Positions 44,408 through 56,762 of a stretch of DNA of 64,000 nucleotides are shown here, one piece after another. Under the pieces are notes generated by a model. That model ran no database searches. It saw nothing but the letters and a program-made list of their open reading frames with translations, and was not told the origin of the DNA. Origin of the DNA: an uncultured Acidobacteriota bacterium. GTDB lineage: Bacteria; Acidobacteriota; UBA6911. The position numbers and the translations under genes are program-made. Where the stretch lies: contig CAWJKZ010000019.1 in assembly GCA_963843575.1 (NCBI GenBank), positions 464,907 through 528,906 of the forward strand, read 5' to 3'. Each line of letters starts with the position of its first letter. Within the stretch, counting starts at the first letter, position 1.

Positions 44408-45367
44408 TCAGCAGGTCGACGCTCCCCTCCTGAACACGGCTGTCTTCAATGCCAGAATGCCGCGCATGACCCGACCGAACGCGGGGTGGGAAATCGGCAG
44501 CACCTGTTTCAGCTGGTAGTACCAATAGGAGGGCTTCAAGGTAAGGCGGCGCCGCCGAAGCCTGCCCCGGCGATCGACCCTCCAGGTTGCAGCCCAAATA
44601 TTGAGGTTCTGGCTGCCCGGCACGAGGGCTATGTTCTGCCGGGCCTCGGGGCCCAAGTCGGACCAGAGCCACCGGGTGATTTTCGAGGCGGACCCCGGAG
44701 TCGGGGACTCCACCGCACTCGTGTACCGGATCGTGTTTGGGGCATAGTCGTGGTTCTGATGTATCACGTCTACGGCTTCGGTAACGTCGACAACGGGTAT
44801 GCCGCTGGACCACGCCCGCCACACGAGCCAATTGTCCCAGGCCAGCCGGCCTATGGTGAATGGCGGTATATCGGCATACATTCCCCGGGTAAAACAAAAG
44901 AAGTCGATCCCGTTAGGCGGATGCAACAGGCCCTTCCGCCTCAGGAGGGCTTTCAATTCAAGCTGCCAATGGTCTGAAGCGAAGGACCACGGCTCCATTA
45001 TGTCCAGATCCCAGCGCTGACCCAGCATGAGAAACGCGGAGAGGCGGTGGGAAATCACCTTCAACGCCTGCACGAAGTCGCTCATCAGCAGAATATCGGA
45101 GTTTACGTAGCACACGATTGGATAATGCGCGGTCTCCTGGGCGACCTTAAAGACCGAATTGACGAACGGGGTGCCCTGTTCGTTGGTGGCGACCCCTCCA
45201 ACGTGAACTACGTCGTAGTGCCTGGCGACATCGGCTACCCCGGCATCGTTTCCCAACAGGATGATCTCCGGTTTCGGCCTCAGCAGCGTCCAGCTGTGAA
45301 TGGCATTGCGCTGAATGATGTCGATGTGCCCACGGAAGGGCTTGGGACAGGCGAACAGTGTGAACAT
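44408..45367 (-). CDS. Putative GT-A fold glycosyltransferase
   Basis: IQRNAIHSW, YVNSDI, GR..WDNW, HQNHDY; locus context. Confidence 0.65.
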   Translation of the reverse strand: MFTLFACPKPFRGHIDIIQRNAIHSWTLLRPKPEIILLGNDAGVADVARHYDVVHVGGVATNEQGTPFVNSVFKVAQETAHYPIVCYVNSDILLMSDFVQALKVISHRLSAFLMLGQRWDLDIMEPWSFASDHWQLELKALLRRKGLLHPPNGIDFFCFTRGMYADIPPFTIGRLAWDNWLVWRAWSSGIPVVDVTEAVDVIHQNHDYAPNTIRYTSAVESPTPGSASKITRWLWSDLGPEARQNIALVPGSQNLNIWAATWRVDRRGRLRRRRLTLKPSYWYYQLKQVLPISHPAFGRVMRGILALKTAVFRRGASTC

Positions 45368-45454
45368 GTCAGAGGCCGCGCATTCCGGAGGGTGTGGTCG
45401 GCGAGCAACCGGGAGCGGATAACCTGGAGGACATGAGGCAATTCGGTCTAATAT

Positions 45455-46563
45455 CTACGTTCTCCTCAAAAGCGCCAGACTCCTGTTTGTCAACTTCTCG
45501 CCCAGAACAAAATACTTACTCTGGCGTATATTCGGAATTTGGGTGAAATGACGCGTTTTGGCCTGCTCGAATTCCTCGAACGACATATTGATATCACTGA
45601 GAAATCGCGGCAGGATAGGGGGTGGAAGAAGCCTTTCCTCGATCTGCGCCTTTTCCAGCGCGCGCTCTCGAGTTAATTCGCCTCTTCGGACCAGGACGCT
45701 CAACAACTGAGTGTGTTCGCTGATGCCCCATTTCTGGCACACAAGGTAGTCTTTCAAATGGTCCAGCAGGCAGTCACCATGCTGGAGCTCGCCCGCAGGT
45801 GCCGACCAGTTGAGATCGTCGTGTAATTGGGTTTTCATTTCGACGATACTGTACGTCACTGGCTTCGAGCAGTTTAACGCCGTATGCCCTCAAAGCCTAA
45901 GATTCTGCCGAGGGCCTTTTGGATATAGGGTTTCTTGCAGAAGGTGTTGATGACACACCTGGGCAGGGCGCTGCCGATAGTGTTGAAATAATACGGCCGG
46001 TCAAAATACTTCGCAATGCTCAAGCCCTCGATGGCCGAGTCCAGGGTGTCGTCGCACCCGGAGATCCCAAGCTTGATTCTATATTTCTTGGACAACGCCT
46101 CGGCAATACCGTCAATATGCATGAGGCATGGAGTACAAAACTCCCCTGCGTTCAGCAGAAATATCCGTTGCAGTTGGCGCATTACTTTTGGATTGGGTTT
46201 GACGACGATGAGGTCTACGCCGAGCCTGTTGACCGTCTCCTCGATGTTTTTGATGGCATCGGGTGAACGGTAACCGTTGTCCAGGTTAAAGACCAAGGGA
46301 TGCATGTCGAAGCGGGTTACGGCCAGGTTCAGCAGAAAGGTGCTGTCTTTGCCGCCGCTCAGGCCGATGATGCAGTCGAAGGGCTTCCTGCCCCTGTATC
46401 GGTTTAGTATCTGGTGCAGGCGCTTCTGTTGCGCCTCGGCATCGCCATGTTGCGGGCGACTCAAGGTCTGATCATGTCGGCGGCAGTAGCGGCAGACGCC
46501 CTCGGAATCGAGCGAAACGCTGGGAATGTGAGCGGGCATGATGCAACGTTGACATCTTTCCAT
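45455..46563 (-). CDS. N-acetyl sugar amidotransferase (WbpG-like PP-loop; frameshift near 45870)
   Basis: CQRCIMP...GVCRYC, DCIIGLSGGKDST, VRRGELTRE.AL. Confidence 0.8.
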
Positions 46564-46642
46564 ATCCAGTCCTTACGGCGGCGGAAACGGTGAAGGCCAA
46601 AATGCGAGTGGACGACGGGTGGGAGAACGCGCCATGGAAGTC

Positions 46643-47585
46643 TCAGGCATGCGCGCGCCACCAGGAATAAAGATCCCACCTGAGAGGGCCGTGCTCTCGC
46701 TGCAGTTTCAGGTAGGCGAGGGCGGTACGGTTGCGGATCGGATGTCGTTGGGGCAGGAGCGCGGGGAGACGTCGGCAGACGTCGGCGCACGTGCGCAGCA
46801 CGGCCATGGAGTAGCCGTGCCGCAGGCCGCGCATCAGGGTTGCGGCGGCTTTCAGCGGTGCGAATAGGAGGAAAAGCCACCAGGGATACCGGACAAAATA
46901 GATCAGCAGGGCATTGCGAAACAGAAGACAGTCGCGCTTGCCCCCGGATATGCGTGCGTGCGGCGAAACGCGGTGTTGAACCACGGAGCCGGGATAATAC
47001 AGGATCTTGTAGCCCGCGTCTCAAAACCCTCAGACTGAATTCCAGTCCTTCGCAGCCAAAGAAGAGCGGGTCCCAGAACAGACCGACCTTGGCAAAGACT
47101 TCCCGGCGAATGGCGGCCCCACCCTCGGAAAAGGAAAAACTCAGAAATTCCCGCTCGCTGTCCACAAGGTCCTTTGCGGAATACGACCAGCCTGCGATGG
47201 GATCTATTTCATGGGTGTATGCGTTGACTATCTTGCTGTTGACGACACCGATCAGCGGGTCGGATTGCATGCGCTGCACCAGATTGAACAACGAGCGTGG
47301 CGCGGGGCTGGCATCGCTGTCCAGGCAGAGGACGATCTCACCAGTCGCGACCCGCAGTCCGACGTTGCGCCCGGCTACTACGCCAACGTTCTGCGGCAAG
47401 CCGAGGGCCCGCACGGCGGGAAAAGTGGCGGTCAGGGCCTCCAGGGTTCCGTCTGTCGAACCGTTATCGACAACGATGACTTCGACCTGCGCATATCCCT
47501 GGTCATAGACGGTGCGCACCGTCTCCAGGACGTCGTCCCTGCGGTTCCATGTCACGATCAATACGGTGATTAGAGGCAGGTCCAT
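46643..47585 (-). CDS. GT2 glycosyltransferase (frameshift near 47020)
   Basis: IVTWNR, VVDNGSTDGT, GRNVG, LDSDA. Confidence 0.88.
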
Positions 47586-47664
47586 AGGGATCGTACAGGG
47601 TGCGGTGGCGATGCAGGGCGCTTAGCGGAAGCGTCGCACAGCCGTTCCCAGCCACTGAATTAGC

Positions 47665-48669
47665 CTAGATACAGTCTTCGGCAGTGGCCCTGGAGAGATT
47701 GGGCATAATGCGCCGGGCCATGGTCTTGATCGACGTCTGCCATCGTTCGGGCAGAAAGGACAATACCCCAAGGGACGCGCGTGTGAGAACGGTCTTCAAT
47801 ATGAACAGGGAGTTCAGGGGATCGGCCGTAACGGACCGGCGGAGGTGCGCCAGCGTGGGTGCGATCTGTTTGGTGCCGTTCCAGGTGTAAATGCCGGCTA
47901 CCAGGTAAGAATTGCTGAACGCCCGCCGCTTGAAGCGGGGAGAGTCGAACGGAGGGCGAAGGTGCGGCTGAAGGAAGAAGCGCTGGGTTATCCTGATCTT
48001 CGCCTGCCCCATGTCCAGGCGCTGGCTCAATCCTCGACATTTGCGGACATAGGCAATGTGTATAGGCGCGTATCGGATGGTTCCGATCATCCCGATGCGC
48101 AACCAGAGTTCATGGTCTTTGCCGTTGCCGAAGGCGGCATCGAGCCAGCCGACCCTTTCCAGGATCGACCTGCGGATGAAGGAGGCCGCTTGCGGGACCG
48201 TATAGCGACAGAATTTCACCGCATCAGCAAGATCCCAGGAGGGCGGTTTGACGGGACCGCGGAGAACCCGCCCGTCTTCGGATATCTCGGAGTAATCGCC
48301 ATAGAGTACGTCCACATCCGCATGCGTTTCCATGTACGCCACCGCGGTAGATATGGCGGCCGGCGCGACATACAGGTCGTCCGCATTCAGCCAGGACACG
48401 ACCGCGCCGCTGCTCATGTGCCAGCCCTTGTTGATGGCATCGGCGTGGCCCTGGTCTGGTTCAGACACCCACTTTATCCTGTCGTCATAGCGACGAAGGA
48501 CGGCGACGGACTCGTCGCGCGAGCCGCCGTCCACCGCGATGCATTCAACGCAGGCGTAGTCCTGATTCAGCACGCTTTCGATGGTAGCGGGCAAATAGTG
48601 CGCGCGGTTCAGCGTGGGGATCACCACGGAAACGAGGGTCGTGCCGGCTGCAGGCGCAGCGGGGGTCAT
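47665..48669 (-). CDS. GT2 glycosyltransferase (WcaE-like)
   Basis: SVVIPTLN, DGGSRDES, SEPDQG..DAINKG, WLNADD. Confidence 0.9.
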   Translation of the reverse strand: MTPAAPAAGTTLVSVVIPTLNRAHYLPATIESVLNQDYACVECIAVDGGSRDESVAVLRRYDDRIKWVSEPDQGHADAINKGWHMSSGAVVSWLNADDLYVAPAAISTAVAYMETHADVDVLYGDYSEISEDGRVLRGPVKPPSWDLADAVKFCRYTVPQAASFIRRSILERVGWLDAAFGNGKDHELWLRIGMIGTIRYAPIHIAYVRKCRGLSQRLDMGQAKIRITQRFFLQPHLRPPFDSPRFKRRAFSNSYLVAGIYTWNGTKQIAPTLAHLRRSVTADPLNSLFILKTVLTRASLGVLSFLPERWQTSIKTMARRIMPNLSRATAEDCI

Positions 48670-50258
48670 GGGCAGCGAAGGGCGGCGAACGTACGCTTGG
48701 TTTGTGTGGCGACAGACCGGAGATCGCGCGACGTGAGCGCCCCGGACAACAGCGACGCGATGGAGTAGAGGCAGCAGATCATGAACGCCTTCAGGATCAG
48801 ACCGAGCCATCCGGAGCCGCTCAGGGGCAGCAGCCGGGAACAGAGCAGCGTGACGCTTATGGCAATGAGAATGCGGCCGGTAGGGGGACAGCGCGGCAAG
48901 CGTTCCGCGGCACCCGAGCACTCGGCGTTGGGTATAAAGGTCATAGGCGACGTTGGAGATGATGAGGCCGATAAGCACCCCCAATGCGATGCCGAGCGGA
49001 CCAAGGCGCGGGGCGAAAATGAGGACGGGTATCGTGATGGACAGGGCAGTGCCGATGGAGGCCACCAGGGTGACGTCAGCTCTGCCCATGCCATTGCACA
49101 CCTGGTAGGCTACGCTTCCTGAGGCGCGCCAGATGACGCCGGCGGCGAGGAGAACGAGAATGAACCAGGAGCGGGTCATGAACTCGGGCCCAATCCAGAG
49201 CGTCAAAATATCCTTCGACAGGACAATGACCAAGGTCCCCAGCAGTGCGGATATCCAAAGAAGAATCCGAATCATGTCGAAATATATGGTGCGCAGATCA
49301 GCAAGCCTGCCGGTGGCGACTGCTTCGGAACTCAGAGGGTAGAGGGCAGAGGAGAAGAGGTACATCATGGACGGCATTCTATCGGTGATCTTTGCCGGAA
49401 CCGTGTAGAAGGTTACGGCGGACGTGCCGAAGAGCACGCCGACAAGAGTGCGGTCGATTTCCAGTCCGATCCTGCTGGCGACCTGTCCCGAGAACAACAG
49501 GGATGAAAACGCAACCAGACGTCTGATGAGGCCAGGGTTGAAAGATGGTCTGGCGCGGCCGGGAGCCGGCGTAAAAGCAGCCAGGCAACGAGGACAAACA
49601 CCGCCAGCGCCAGGAGACTGGAGAAGACCTGGGCCACGACCGCGCCGAGCAATCCCCAGCCCAGCCAGAGCGCAAGAACGATCGCCGCAGTGTTGATCGA
49701 TCCCAGGAGCAAGCCGGCGACGTTCAGCATGTCATAACGGCGCATTGCGCTTGGGACGCTCTGGAGAGCAGCAACAATCCCGTTCAGCAAGAAACTGATG
49801 GCAGCCATGCGAAAGGCGGCGATGGCGGTTTCGACGAGGTCCGGCGGCACCTTGAAGACGCTTCGGGCAAGCACCCCCGCAAAACAGAACATGGGGATGG
49901 CTCCCAGAGCTGATAGGGTAACATTGATCACCAGGCCGGTGGCGGCGGCGTCACGCAGCTCGGACCATGCCTCGCGGCCATAGGCTTCAGCCATGAAACG
50001 CACGTTGCCCAGCGCTGCCGGACCACTGAGCAGGCCGAGATAGCCCCCCACGATCGAAACCAGCGCAAAGACTCCGTAAGCGTCATTGCCCAGTGAAGAT
50101 ACAATGTACGGGACCGTGGCAAACGCAAGTGCGAAGGGCCAGATCCACCCGACCAGATTGTATGCCGTGTTGCGCGCGAGCCCTTGCGTCAGCTGACGCA
50201 CTGTGCGGGGTTGCCGGCGGCAGCGGCCCTGGTTCTTCAAACATGCGCGCTTCCCCAT
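48666..50258 (-). CDS. wzx: Wzx-type polysaccharide flippase (frameshifted)
   Basis: RNTAYNL, LG..AYGV, DRTLVG, LWIGPEF, many TM helices. Confidence 0.85.
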
Positions 50259-50385
50259 CTCCTTGGATGCCTTAGTACCGGATTCCGTAAGTACGATAAC
50301 GTTTGTGGGGACGCCGATGAACGCGGGCAAAACACCACGAAGAGGGCAGCGCACTGCCGCATGGGCCGCGAAGCTCGAGAGATCC

Positions 50386-51879
50386 TCACGGATGGTCCAC
50401 CTCGGTAAGTCGCCCGGGTTGGGAAACCGAGGTGAGAGAGGCTGTCAGAGCGGCAAGCAGCCAGAATTCGGTGAACACTCCCTGACTCGAGATGAGAGTG
50501 TAATCGAACAGGCTGTGCAAGCCGAGGGCAACAAAGGCGCCCAGGAGTCCGACGGCCGTCATCCATTGGACGGAGCTGGTGGCACGGCTGACGTTTTTCC
50601 AGGATTGGATGATCAGGCTGGCCAGAAACCACACGAAGGCCATTAGCCCCAGAAACCCAGTCTCCGAGAGAATCAGGAGAAACACGTTGTGGACCACGGT
50701 CACTTCCCTGCCGTCCAGGTAGGAGGCGAGACCGTGATGCGGGGCTGAGAGCTTATAGTTGTTCAGTCCGGCGCCCAACAATGGGTTTTCCGGCACCAGG
50801 GAGAGGGCAGCCCTGGCCAGTACGATCCGGCTCGCGGCCGACCCGCTGTCATCCGCGGTAAGGCGCGATGAGATCAGTTCCTTCTGATAGAGGATCGCGA
50901 CGGACAGGAAAACAAAAAACAGCACAGCTGAGCGCCAGGAAGGATCGTAGCTGAATCCTCCTCGAGCGGAGAGCCAGGATTGCGGTCATCACAAACACGA
51001 CGACAAAACTGATCCAACCGCCGCGTGAAAGGCTGAAGATGAGCCCCAGGAGTGCGGCGGAGAAGACGCCGAAGGCGAGGAATCGCTGGAGTGCACGGGC
51101 GGAGCCGTACACCTGGGCGAGTGCAAGGGCTATTATTGCCGAAAGGAGCATCGCATAGCTGTTGGGGTGGCCGAGCAGGCCTGTTGCGCGGGCGGCTTGG
51201 CCGTATCCCAGATCCTGTTGCAGCACTGCAGAAGGCTCGTTCAAGGAAAACAGCCCGAGGGTATGCCCGGAACAACCCTGATAGATGCCGATGGCCGCCT
51301 GGCAAGCCGCCGAGCAGCAGTCCGAGAACCACGGACTGCGCATCCTGTTTGTCCTTGATGCTGTTAGCGGCGACGACATACAGCAGGAACATCTTCGCCA
51401 TCGTAATCAACTGTATGAGTGCAATCGGGACGCTCGTGGCATTGATCAGCGAGAGGCTGCTTGCGGACAACCAACCTAGGGCCGGCAACGTGATGAAGGC
51501 AAACAAGTGAAACTGCGGTTGGCGGCTCAGGGTGCGGTGTCCGAAACGGAGCAACAGCAAGGCAACCACCAGAACGTCCGTAAGGAGAAAAGCCACGGAG
51601 GTGAATGCACTGGCGTTGGACGGAGGCGTAAGAGAGAGCCTCCACACCCTTGCCGAGGTAAAACGAGGAAGCGAGTGCCAGCAGGAACAGCAGATAGGAG
51701 TTGGTGCGCGGAACCAGGAACAGGGATAAGGCAAACGGTATGGCCAGCGCAGACGCGACTTTCCATTTTATGGGGATGTCCAGCAGGATGACGGCCGCGC
51801 CGAGAATGCACAGCGATGGATACAGAACGAAGGGGTACCATGCGGTCGTTGGGTTTGTCTTTCTCAGGGCAAGGGCCAC
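50386..51879 (-). CDS. O-antigen ligase / Wzy polymerase family membrane protein (frameshifted)
   Basis: RATGLLGHPNSYA, SLSRGGW, NPLLGAG, VHNVFL...ETG. Confidence 0.85.
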
Positions 51880-52058
51880 AGTAGCCTACGTGCGCCGTCG
51901 AGTGTCGGGCAGGAGCGGCGCGGAGAGGGGATCCGGAGGGTTAAACTGTATTATTCATGAAAGCGAAGTCTGAACAACCAACGATGACGCCGACTCGATC
52001 ATCAGATGCCGTCAGCGTTTATCGGTGCTCGTCCGCGTCCCAAAATCAGGGGATGCAA

Positions 52059-53007
52059 TTAGGAGCGAACGTTCAGCTGTTCGACGGGCGGGAGTCCGGT
52101 TTGCTCCCGGGTAACCACATGCGGCCAGTGGCGCTTGAAGTGAGTCTCGGCGAGCTTGTTGGCCACGTGGGCGATTTTGGTGACCGGAATCCCCGTTTCT
52201 TCTGCAATGCGTGTTGAGAGCGTGTGCTGGTCTGAAGTTCAGCAAGGGGCTTCGAGCCATCAAAACCGTTCTGCAGGAAGCGTACGATTACCCGATCCAA
52301 TTCGTGATAGGGCAGGCCCAACTGGTCCTCGTCGGTTCCGCCGGGAACGAGATCCAGGCCGTCCGTCGGAACAGCCTCCAGTGATTCCTCGCGGCACGCC
52401 CAGAGTCTCGGCGATGACATACTCCTCGAGGCCTTTCCAAACGTGCTGGATCGGCGCATAGTCGCCTGACGACGTCCCCATTCAGCGTCCAGAAGCCCAT
52501 CCAGAATTCGGACAGATTGTCGGTGGAAACCACCAGGCCGCCCGTCAACTGCGCGATGTGATAAAGCGTGATCATGCGCAAGCGGACCTTGATATTGCCG
52601 GCAGCGCGGGCTTTGTTGGCCAGCAGGCGGCGGAGCAGATGGTCGTCGCCGGAGTCCTCGACGATCTGGAACAGCTGATCCTGCAGCGCGCCCGATGAGT
52701 TATAGCGCGCCAAAAGGGCATGATACTCCGGCGTGAGGTCCACCTTGATCCAGGGTATCCTGAAGTGCTCCAGCACCAGCCGCGCGATTCGTTCCGCTGC
52801 TGGCCGGGATTCACAGGGCATCAGCACCCCGATGGGTTTTACGCCATCCAGATCGCTGAGCAGTCCGGCGATGACCGAGCTATCCAGCCCTTCGGACTTG
52901 CCGAAGATGGCGTAGGTCAGGTTGTTCTCGCGAAAGTAGGATTGGATTGCGGCGCGAATCCTCTATATGGATTCGACGGTCTGGTCCCGTGTGAGGTTGT
53001 GTACCAT
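52059..53007 (-). CDS. nadE: NadE-like NH3-dependent NAD+ synthetase (in-frame TAG at codon 15 and frameshifts)
   Basis: SEGLDSSV, NIKVRLRM..LY, STDNLSE..GFWTL.GD, PTDGL..TDEDQLG..Y..LD. Confidence 0.75.
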
Positions 53008-53125
53008 GCTGCAGGCCCTCTATGGCAGTGTAGCGGGGGGATGGATGTAACAAGCCGGGGGTTTGCGCCTCTCTACAAGCGACGCAAGCGTGCCGGCGCA
53101 AGCCTTTCCCTCTCGATTCGGCAGC

Positions 53126-54496
53126 TTACGCGTCCGGGCTCCACAGCTTGTGCAGACGAGCGGTGTTGGCCTCGTTGTCGACGCCGATCCCAAGGGAATA
53201 TAGCGGACGTGCGCAACGGACTGCAGCTCTCGCGCAAGATGCGCCAGCAATCTACGACGACGACCGGGGCTCGTGTCTGGAAAGTCGTCGGCACGAGAGT
53301 TGGCCGAATTCAGGGTCGGGGGTGGCAATGACGACCGCGTCTGCCTGCTGCAGGCACGAATGGAGGTCTTCCAACACCACGATTTTGTCGGTCAGTTCCT
53401 GGCGCGTCGATGCGTTCGCCAATGGATCGTACGCCACGACGCGCAAGCCCAAGGCCGAGAGTTCACGCGCCAGATGGATTCCTTGCGATTCTTCTACTAC
53501 GTGTGAATGAGGCTTGTAGGCCATTCCCAGAATGGCAACCGTGCTGCCACGCGGGATGATGGAGCGCAGATAGGTTGCCAACTTGCCGGGCAACGAACGG
53601 TTCAACCGATCGGTGGTCTCGGCGAGGCACGCTTCACTTCCCACTGCACGGGCGAAATAGCTGAGCGCCACGTTATCGCGGGGGAAGCAGGGGCCACCGT
53701 AACCCAGACCGCCGGTCAGTATTTGCGCCCGATGCGCGTATCGCAGCCCAAGGCGTCGCTGACCACATCCACGTCCCCACCAGGTATGCGGGAACAGAGG
53801 TTCGGCCAGCATATTTGCGTAGGAGATCTTTGTGGTGACAAAAGTGTTCAGCGCAATCTTCGTGAGCTCGGCGTTCTCCAGGCTCATGCGCCGGCAGGGC
53901 GGATTGTTCTCCAATATCTCGGCATAGCAGGCCTCCAGCTGCGCTCCGGCGTACGCATCGCATTCGCCGACCAGGGCCAGATCGGGATTCAAAAAGTCGT
54001 GGATCACGCTGCCCAGTGCAATGAACTCGGGGCTGTAGCACAGCCCGAAATCGCGACCGCACACCTTACCCGAGTGTTTCTCCAGAATCGGCAGCAGCCC
54101 GTAGCGCGTTGAGCCCGGGAGCACGGTGCTGGTCAGGATCACGTTGTGATAGCTCTGCTTTTCCGCCAGGGCACGACCAATCTCCTGAAATGCCCAGCTT
54201 GCGTATTGCAGCGAGAAGGACCCCCGCCCATCGGAGGGCGTAGGTACTATCACGAAGCTCACATCCGAATTCAGGACGGCGTCGCGATGACTGCACGGTG
54301 GCCCGCAGTCGGCCTGTTGGCAGCGATGCTTTCCTCCAATCTCGTTTCCTGCACGGGCGCGTGTCCGGCATTCAGCAGGTCGACGGCGCGTGCGTTGACA
54401 TCCACGCCGATGACCTCGAATCCCCGACTGGCCAGTGCCGCCGCCATGCTGGCGCCCAGTGTTTCCCAGTCCAATGACTGAATACGTGTTTTTCAT
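53126..54496 (-). CDS. UDP-glucose/GDP-mannose dehydrogenase family protein (frameshifted)
   Basis: VIGLG, VPTP, STVLPG, SPEF, YGGPCFPRD, GMAYKP. Confidence 0.92.
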
Positions 54497-54559
54497 GGCC
54501 ACACGTTCCTCCCAGGTAAAGACAAGCGAGAAGCTTTATAGCGGACTTTGGGGAGGTAG

Positions 54560-54657
54560 ACGAGCGCCGACAAACGCCGACGGCAATGATCCCAGTCGGC
54601 GTGGGGAGCTTTTGCCTTCATCCTGACCACAAGTTCCCCCATCGTTTGTCGGCGTCC
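54560..54657. repeat. Intergenic stem-loop
   Basis: CGCCGACAAACG...CGTTTGTCGGCG with inner GGGGAGCTT / AAGTTCCCC. Confidence 0.55.
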
Positions 54658-54697
54658 TCATTGGTTGTTCAGACTTCGCTTTCGTGAATAATCTAGT

Positions 54698-55434
54698 CTA
54701 GAGCTTGCGGTAAAGTGCCCGCGGAATCGGGAAGGTACGTTTGTTGAGGACGACGCCCAACAGCTTGACATGCGCCGCTTCCAAAGTCGCCTTGGCTCTG
54801 CGCGCCGAGTCGCGGCGGGTCGAGTGCGCCTCGAGCACCAGAACGACGCCATCCGCCATCTGGCCGAAGGCCATGGAATCGGCGCACTCGTTGACTGGAG
54901 GGGTATCGACCAGCACATCCCTGAATTTTGCCCGGAGCTCCGCGATACACTGTTTAAGGTGCTGGCGGTTCGTCACGCCTATCGCATCCGACGGCAACGC
55001 CGCTTGCGCGACAGCAACCAGAGATTGCTGTCGCGTGTCGGCTGCGCAAGGTTGTGAACGGGTCCCTGCTGCAATATGGCGTCTGCAGGTGCTGCTGCTG
55101 CAGTTCACACCGAAGTATTGATGAAGCATGGGTGAGTGCGGATTGGCGTCCACGAGGCAGACCGTGCCGTCGCCGTGGGCGGCCAGCGCTTCACCGGCGC
55201 GCGCGCATACCCAACTGCAGCCGTTGCCGTGTTCGACTGCCGAGAAGACCACCATCCGGGGCTCGGAAGCGTCACCTGCCAGGAAAATGCACTGAATGAG
55301 CCTGAGTATCTCCTCTCGGAGAAGCGCGCTGCACGTCTGAGTGCGGCCGTTTTCTGTGCGGGGACCGCACGCTTCGTTCGGAAGAGTTCAAGGTCCTTTT
55401 CGGCCTTGCGCAATAGTTCGTAGTTTTCACTCAT
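54698..55434 (-). CDS. CpsD/CapB-like BY-kinase domain protein, degenerate Walker A (frameshifted)
   Basis: SAVEHGNGCS, LVDAN..SP, VLVDTPP, DGVVLV, LLGVVLN. Confidence 0.8.
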
Positions 55435-56737
55435 GCGCGTCTCCTTGCGGCGGAGATAGAGAGGGATCAGGCCCGGCAGGTTGTAAGACTGGAAGACGAA
55501 GAATTGTGCCGGATATGATGAGGTTCGGATCGGTCACGTGCGGATTCAGGTTCATGATCTTGTCTGTGAGCTCGCGATCAACGTCGTGGCCCAGGTGCCT
55601 CTCGGTGAGAAGCTGAAGCGTGTCATTCTCACCTGACGGTAACGTCCATGAAGCGGGCTGGCCCGACCGATGGAGCAGGGCTTACTACGGACTCAGGGCC
55701 CGCAGAATGCAGATTGGGTCGAGCCATGGTGGGTTCCCGTCGGCTCATCAGATATACCGCCATCAGGCCGGCCGCAAGAAGTAAAGCCAGCGATGCTGCA
55801 ATTGTGAGGGAGGCTCGGGAGCGCAGCCGGGTAGGTCTGTGGCCAGGGGACCGCGGCAGTTCAGGAGCTGACTGGGCTTGATCTTTGCGGCTCGGCCCCG
55901 AGGGGGCGCCACCGCCATCATGTCTCCGCCGGTTACGACCTCCAGGTCGGATATGACCTCGCGGATGATCGAGCCATCGATGGTTTTCCGGTGCCGGGCA
56001 CAGCCTAACGTCAGTGCATTGAAGCAGAGGCTATTCACATTGCGCGGGATTCCTGCCGAAACCGAACTAATCAGGCGAAACGCTTCCCCCGTGAAAGGAG
56101 GAGCGCCCTGGAAGCCCGCGACCCTGAGTCGATGGGCAATATATGCATGAACCTCCGCCGGAGAAAGCGGATGAAGCTGGGCCGCGATCGAGATCCGTTG
56201 GCGCAATTGCACCATGCCATAACTCGCCAGTTGCGCACCCAACCGAGGCTGTCCCGCCAAAACGATCTGGATCAACTTCCGGCTCGGTGTCTCGAAATCC
56301 GAGAGCAGGCGAACGGTCTCCAGCACCGGCCTGTCAAGATTCTGGGCCTCATCGATAATCAGTACAAAGCGCTTTCCCGCACTCGCCTGCTCGATGAGCA
56401 TGTTGTTCAGTCTTGCATGAAGTGCGACCGGATCGTGCTCGTCCACCGGGCATCCGAGATCTGCCATCACATAGCGCAGGAATTCGTGTGGGCTGCACTG
56501 CGTTTGAAACACGAATGCGGTGCGTGCAACCCCACGCATTTTCTCGAGCAAGTGGAAGAGCAGCGTGGTCTTGCCCAAGCCCGGCGGGGCGATCAGAGCC
56601 ACAAAGCCCAGGTTGGACAAAAGGCCGTAATGGATCGACGCCAGTGCCTCGCGATGCGAGGCGGTCCAGTAGAGGTACTTCGGGTCCGGAGTCACCCCAA
56701 AGGGCTGTTCCCGCAATCCGTAGAAGTCCAAAAACAT
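55431..56737 (-). CDS. ExeA-like AAA ATPase with TM helix and C-terminal LysM-like domain (frameshifted)
   Basis: FYGLREQPF..TPDP, GLGKTT, IIDEAQNL, GQP, GIPRNVN; TM LTIAASLALLLAAGLMAVYL; NDTL...LNPHVTDPNLIISG. Confidence 0.85.
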
Positions 56738-56762
56738 AAAATCCAGCCCAGGAACCACCCAC

